Assembly (NCBI GenBank): GCA_965113315.1
Contig: OZ220366.1
DNA from: Podarcis vaucheri
Taxonomy: Eukaryota
DNA: 64,000 bases
Strand: one strand, 5' to 3'
Every line of letters starts with the position of its first letter. Positions within the stretch are counted from its first letter, which is position 1. The notes under the pieces were generated by a model, which was not told the origin of the DNA, did not search any database, and saw only the letters and a list, made by a program, of their open reading frames with translations. Of the stretch, positions 60,122 to 64,000 are shown piece after piece. A program made the position numbers and the translations under genes.

Positions 60122-60536
60122 CTAATGGAAGATTGAATGTTACATATCATCAGCACTCTAAGGAATATTCAAAATACAGAATCTATACATGGTAATAAAA
60201 TACTAAGTTAGTAAATGGTTGTTCTGTGCCTTTTTGCAGTCAACCTGGGCACTGAATGAAGTCAGATTCACATTCAAATAGAAACCTTTGGATGCTGCTC
60301 CACACAGTGAGCCTCTTGCTACACTTGTTCGTGACTCATACTATGGATTTCATCACCCTATCACAAACCAACATTGTTGGATAATAAAAAGATGCCAAAA
60401 GCAAACATTACCCATAAACTGCTCACGACCCAGCAGCCGCCATGTGGCTGCTTGTTTGCACAAAATAGGAGTGGGAGCCAATTTCATTTGGCATGAGCTA
60501 ATACTACAGGGAAGTGTCTTTTGATTTACAACATAC

Positions 60537-60671
60537 CATAAGCTGCTGCCCAAGCTATCGGCATAAAGCTTTTAATATCATTCTCATCAATTTGCTGTTC
60601 GTGAACAGCTGCTGCGTCTTCCTCTCCTACAATTACCTCCATATATACCTCATCAGCAATTTCTGCAACAT
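60537..60671 (-). CDS. ZFX: ZFX coding exon: (N)VAEIADEVYMEVIVGEEDAAAVHEQQIDENDIKSFMPIAWAAAY
   Basis: TTCTCTTAG| acceptor, G|GTATGT donor; 135 nt. Confidence 0.96.
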
Positions 60672-60754
60672 CTAAGAGAAGAAAAAACAATATAATACAA
60701 ATTTTGTGTCATTTTAAACAAATTCTTAACCCTAAATAAAGGTCAAATACTTAC

Positions 60755-60898
60755 TTAAATCTTCATCTTCATGCTGGGAATCATTTACTGTCATATAAAC
60801 CATTTTTTCCCTTGGAATGCGAACACTGCTATTTTGATTCATTAATGTGTCTCCATTGTCATTTTCAGATTCACTTTCCACAATATCTACTGTGCCTC
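60755..60898 (-). CDS. ZFX: ZFX coding exon: GGTVDIVESESEND...RIPREKMVYMTVNDSQHEDEDL
   Basis: CCCCCACCCAG| acceptor, |GTAAGT donor; 144 nt. Confidence 0.96.
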
Positions 60899-61313
60899 CT
60901 GGGTGGGGGAGGAAAAGTTGGTCAAAGTATTTTGTAAAAGCATCTTTCTACTAAATTATGGTTGAAATATAAGCAATAGAAAATAATCTACACTTTCCCC
61001 ACACGACATCTGAAAGAAGCCCGAGTCAAATAAAAGGAGATACTATGAAAGGTTAAGACTCAGCAACTAATTTCCTGGAGATACGTTGAGAAGAACAAGG
61101 GATAGTGGGCCTAAACCTTAACTTCCACTTTCTATTGCTACCAGCCAACATGTCAGAAAGGCCAAATTCTCCACCATTTTTATTTCTAGTTTGGCAACTA
61201 GAGGGAAAGGAGGAGTCTCATGATAGCTCTCAAAAGCACAGCTTTTGTCCTTCGACCTCCAATTACTGATGTTTAGATTAAGTTTAAAAATAAAATAAAA
61301 TAGAATGCTGTAC

Positions 61314-61463
61314 CTAAGTCATCTTCCCCTGGATCAGCTTTGAAAATGTACACCTTGATGACTTCTGGGCAAATGCCATCCATTTTACAAGGATCATTTT
61401 CTGACACAGTTTTTCTTGTCAGGTCAACAGAATCATCAGTTTCTGCCTTGACAGCATCATCCA
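61314..61463 (-). CDS. ZFX: ZFX coding exon: (L)DDAVKAETDD...DGICPEVIKVYIFKADPGEDDL
   Basis: TTTTTCTCTGTAG| acceptor, AG|GTACAG donor; 150 nt. Confidence 0.95.
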
Positions 61464-63771
61464 CTACAGAGAAAAACAATAAAATGGTCAATCCAACATA
61501 AACTGATTGCAGTAAGCCAAAAATTTATCATTTCAATTGTAGAAATGTTTTAAAATGCAGTAAAACTATAAATGACAGTGAAAGAAATGTTTATATAATT
61601 TATTATTCTAGTTACATGAAAACTAGTGAGATATGTTAAGAAGATAAATTGAAAATGCTCTCCTGCACTGCCTCACTGAATAAAATATTTCTCTTAATTA
61701 GCTTGTAACTGTGACCAAACTTGAAAAATGGTAATAAATCAGGGAAGCAACATGGGCTGGGGAACTGGAACAGGCTGGTGGGTTGGATCATTATCTCTTC
61801 CACCCCTAGGGAACCAAGCATTTCCTAAAAGTTCTCATACTGGAGTTGGATCCTTAGCTGGCTCAGTCACATACATTGGGCTTCACAGCTGACTGACTGC
61901 AGTTTATGGACTAGACCCACCAACCAGCTCACTGTGGAAATTCTGCAGACTTCTGTGCACAGTACTCACAAGCCCCAACAACCTGATTGCCAGAACTTTG
62001 TGAGCACTATACACTGGGTTTTGCAAGACCCACCAATCAGCTGACTGTGGGTGCTTGCAAATCCCTCTTTACACATCAGCTGATCAATGGTGCATCCAAA
62101 GCCCTTTTGGCTTGTGCTTTCATCTGCCCCACACCAGATAAAATCTTGAGTAGGGTAGGTGACTGTGGCTTGTCCAAACCGGTCTTGCAAGTCAAATGGA
62201 GAAGCCTGGTGAGCCTAATTAGGCCTGGGGGCTAGAGGATCCCACATGCCAAAGTCACAGAATAGCCGTGTTAAAAGTAAAATGCGAGTTTCTTTGTAGT
62301 TTGCCTTCGTAATAGCCAATTGTGAAACAATTAATCTGTAATTGCCTTGAGGAAAGCGGGGTGATTGTAAATAGAAAAAAAATGATTTGAGGTTTTTGCT
62401 ACAATCAAGCAGTATATAATTTTCATGAAATAAAATAACTAACTAAATTATGCTCTCATGATCTATCAACAGACAGTGAAAATGCTGATGATGATGCAGC
62501 ACAGCACAATTCTACCTAGAAGTATATATGAGGTGGTGCACACCTCTATTTGTGCCACAACAGCTGAAATGGAATTCTATGCAAGGCAAGCTCATACAGC
62601 CTGTCTCATCAATTTCCATTCCACCCTGCTTGCTACATCTTTTGTTTTTGCCAATACTAGGTTGCGACTTTACCAGGAATGGGATGGAGACACTGTGAGT
62701 TTGAGAACCACTGCCGAAGCCTCAGAACACTCCTTCTACAGTTTGCCACATGGCACATTAAACAGATACATGAATTATGTAAAAAGTGGAGATTTGAGTT
62801 TAGAAGCATGTTTTCATTTTGCTTGATAAACTGCTACATACTGGCCAAGGCAACACCAAATTAGGCATCAAACTCATGACTTAAAAACTGGTAGAGCTTG
62901 TTTGGGAGGCTGAAAGCAAAGAATGAGGTAATAGGGAAACTTTCACTTGGCATAATTATTGTATAAGCATTCTCATCAAATTATAAAGGGTGTGGATTTA
63001 TATTTTGTTTGAAGAGAAGAACAAGTATATATAGTTTTAGAACAGACTAAGAATTTAGAACATTGATGTATGAGAATACAGAGGTGGGGTCTATTATCTT
63101 TATAAGAGGTAATAGCTGAGTAACATAAGGTTGCATCTTATAGCTATGCATAGCTATGCTAGTGCACTTTATTGATATCCTGTGCCTAGGCTATAAACAA
63201 ACTCACCCATCCTACTATGCTTCTAGAAAGTTCTAAAAATTCTACTATGCCTCATACAGCATTACATTGGTGGAATCATGCTAGCTAAATAGCCTAACAA
63301 TTATGAGAGTTATCCCCAAACAATTCCTACCACATGCTTTCTCTGCCCAGTGCTATGCCTTGAAATGACTTTGTGCATTGCTGCTATGTTGCATTTGACA
63401 AATGTATGCCATTTGTCAGCATAGTATTACCAAGGTATAGTGCTGTGCTGACATAACATACAGGGTCAGTTCATGTTACAGCAACCATCCTAAACCCTGC
63501 ATACCCTTCTCGTCCAGCTCATCCTGGGTTCTTCTTGACAAAGTGGTGGTGGAGAGCAATCAAATCAAGACTCACAACCACTGAGCAATATGATGGTTGC
63601 CATCTTCTCTCCACCCCTCCCCAACAGCTACTTAAATTACTACAAGTGTACTTAGCATAGAGTAACACCACAGAAGTCCAAGGGATTAAAAGTGAAGCAA
63701 TAGAAGTACTCTGGATTAAGGAATTTGTAAATAAATTTGTGGCTTTTGAAATACTTCACCCAGACGCTTAC

Positions 63772-64000
63772 AGGAAATCATAAGGTAGTCTTCACAGTTG
63801 CCCTTGTCATTATCATGTTCCACAGGTATTCCACTGGCATCAATTACAGCTTCAGAGGCACAATCTGCTACCAAAACTTCAGAAACTACATCTTCTCCCA
63901 GAGAACCTGTGGCAATTTCTGCTTCTACAACATTACTATGATCATGAACAACATGTTCCAATTGTCCAACATCAGGTACGTGCATTGATGCACTTGTGAG
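63772..64000 (-). CDS. ZFX: ZFX acidic-domain exon (partial; begins beyond window end): ...VVSEVLVADCASEAVIDASGIPVEHDNDKGNCEDYLMIS
   Basis: Conserved ZFX acidic-domain motifs; donor T|GTAAGC at 63771. Confidence 0.95.

Noticed and set aside
1-64000. tRNA genes, CRISPR arrays or prokaryotic systems
   Set aside because: GGTTCGAATCC B-boxes all belong to SINE heads; no repeat-spacer arrays; the DNA is clearly vertebrate.

Overview
Vertebrate genomic DNA, most likely from a lacertid lizard (inferred from Sauria SINEs, a tRNA/L2-tailed SINE, CR1/L2/L1 remnants and TA-flanked MITEs). Three spliced genes lie on the minus strand. (1) The 3' part of ZFX: six coding exons at 64000->55825, including the 13-zinc-finger exon, plus a ~2.7 kb 3'UTR. 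(2) A complete 8-coding-exon, 334-aa organic solute transporter alpha (OSTalpha/SLC51A)-like gene at 38601->26044, which the ORF track shows only in fragments. It sits between ZFX and PDK3, where humans have no such gene, so it is probably an ohnolog of SLC51A. (3) The CpG-island promoter and first coding exon of PDK3 (6208->6103). Head-to-head with PDK3, a + strand intronless ORF (8159-8470) encodes a signal peptide plus a cathepsin-L propeptide (I29 inhibitor domain) with no protease domain. It is a candidate CTLA-2/crammer-like inhibitor retrogene, or a truncated processed pseudogene. Other signals: a Penelope-type minimal hammerhead ribozyme motif, recognition-helix substitutions in ZFX finger 11, a DR4/GATA module upstream of the OSTalpha-like gene, CTCF-like sites flanking it, and an orphan + strand terminal exon. 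Comparisons with human genes are from memory, not database searches.
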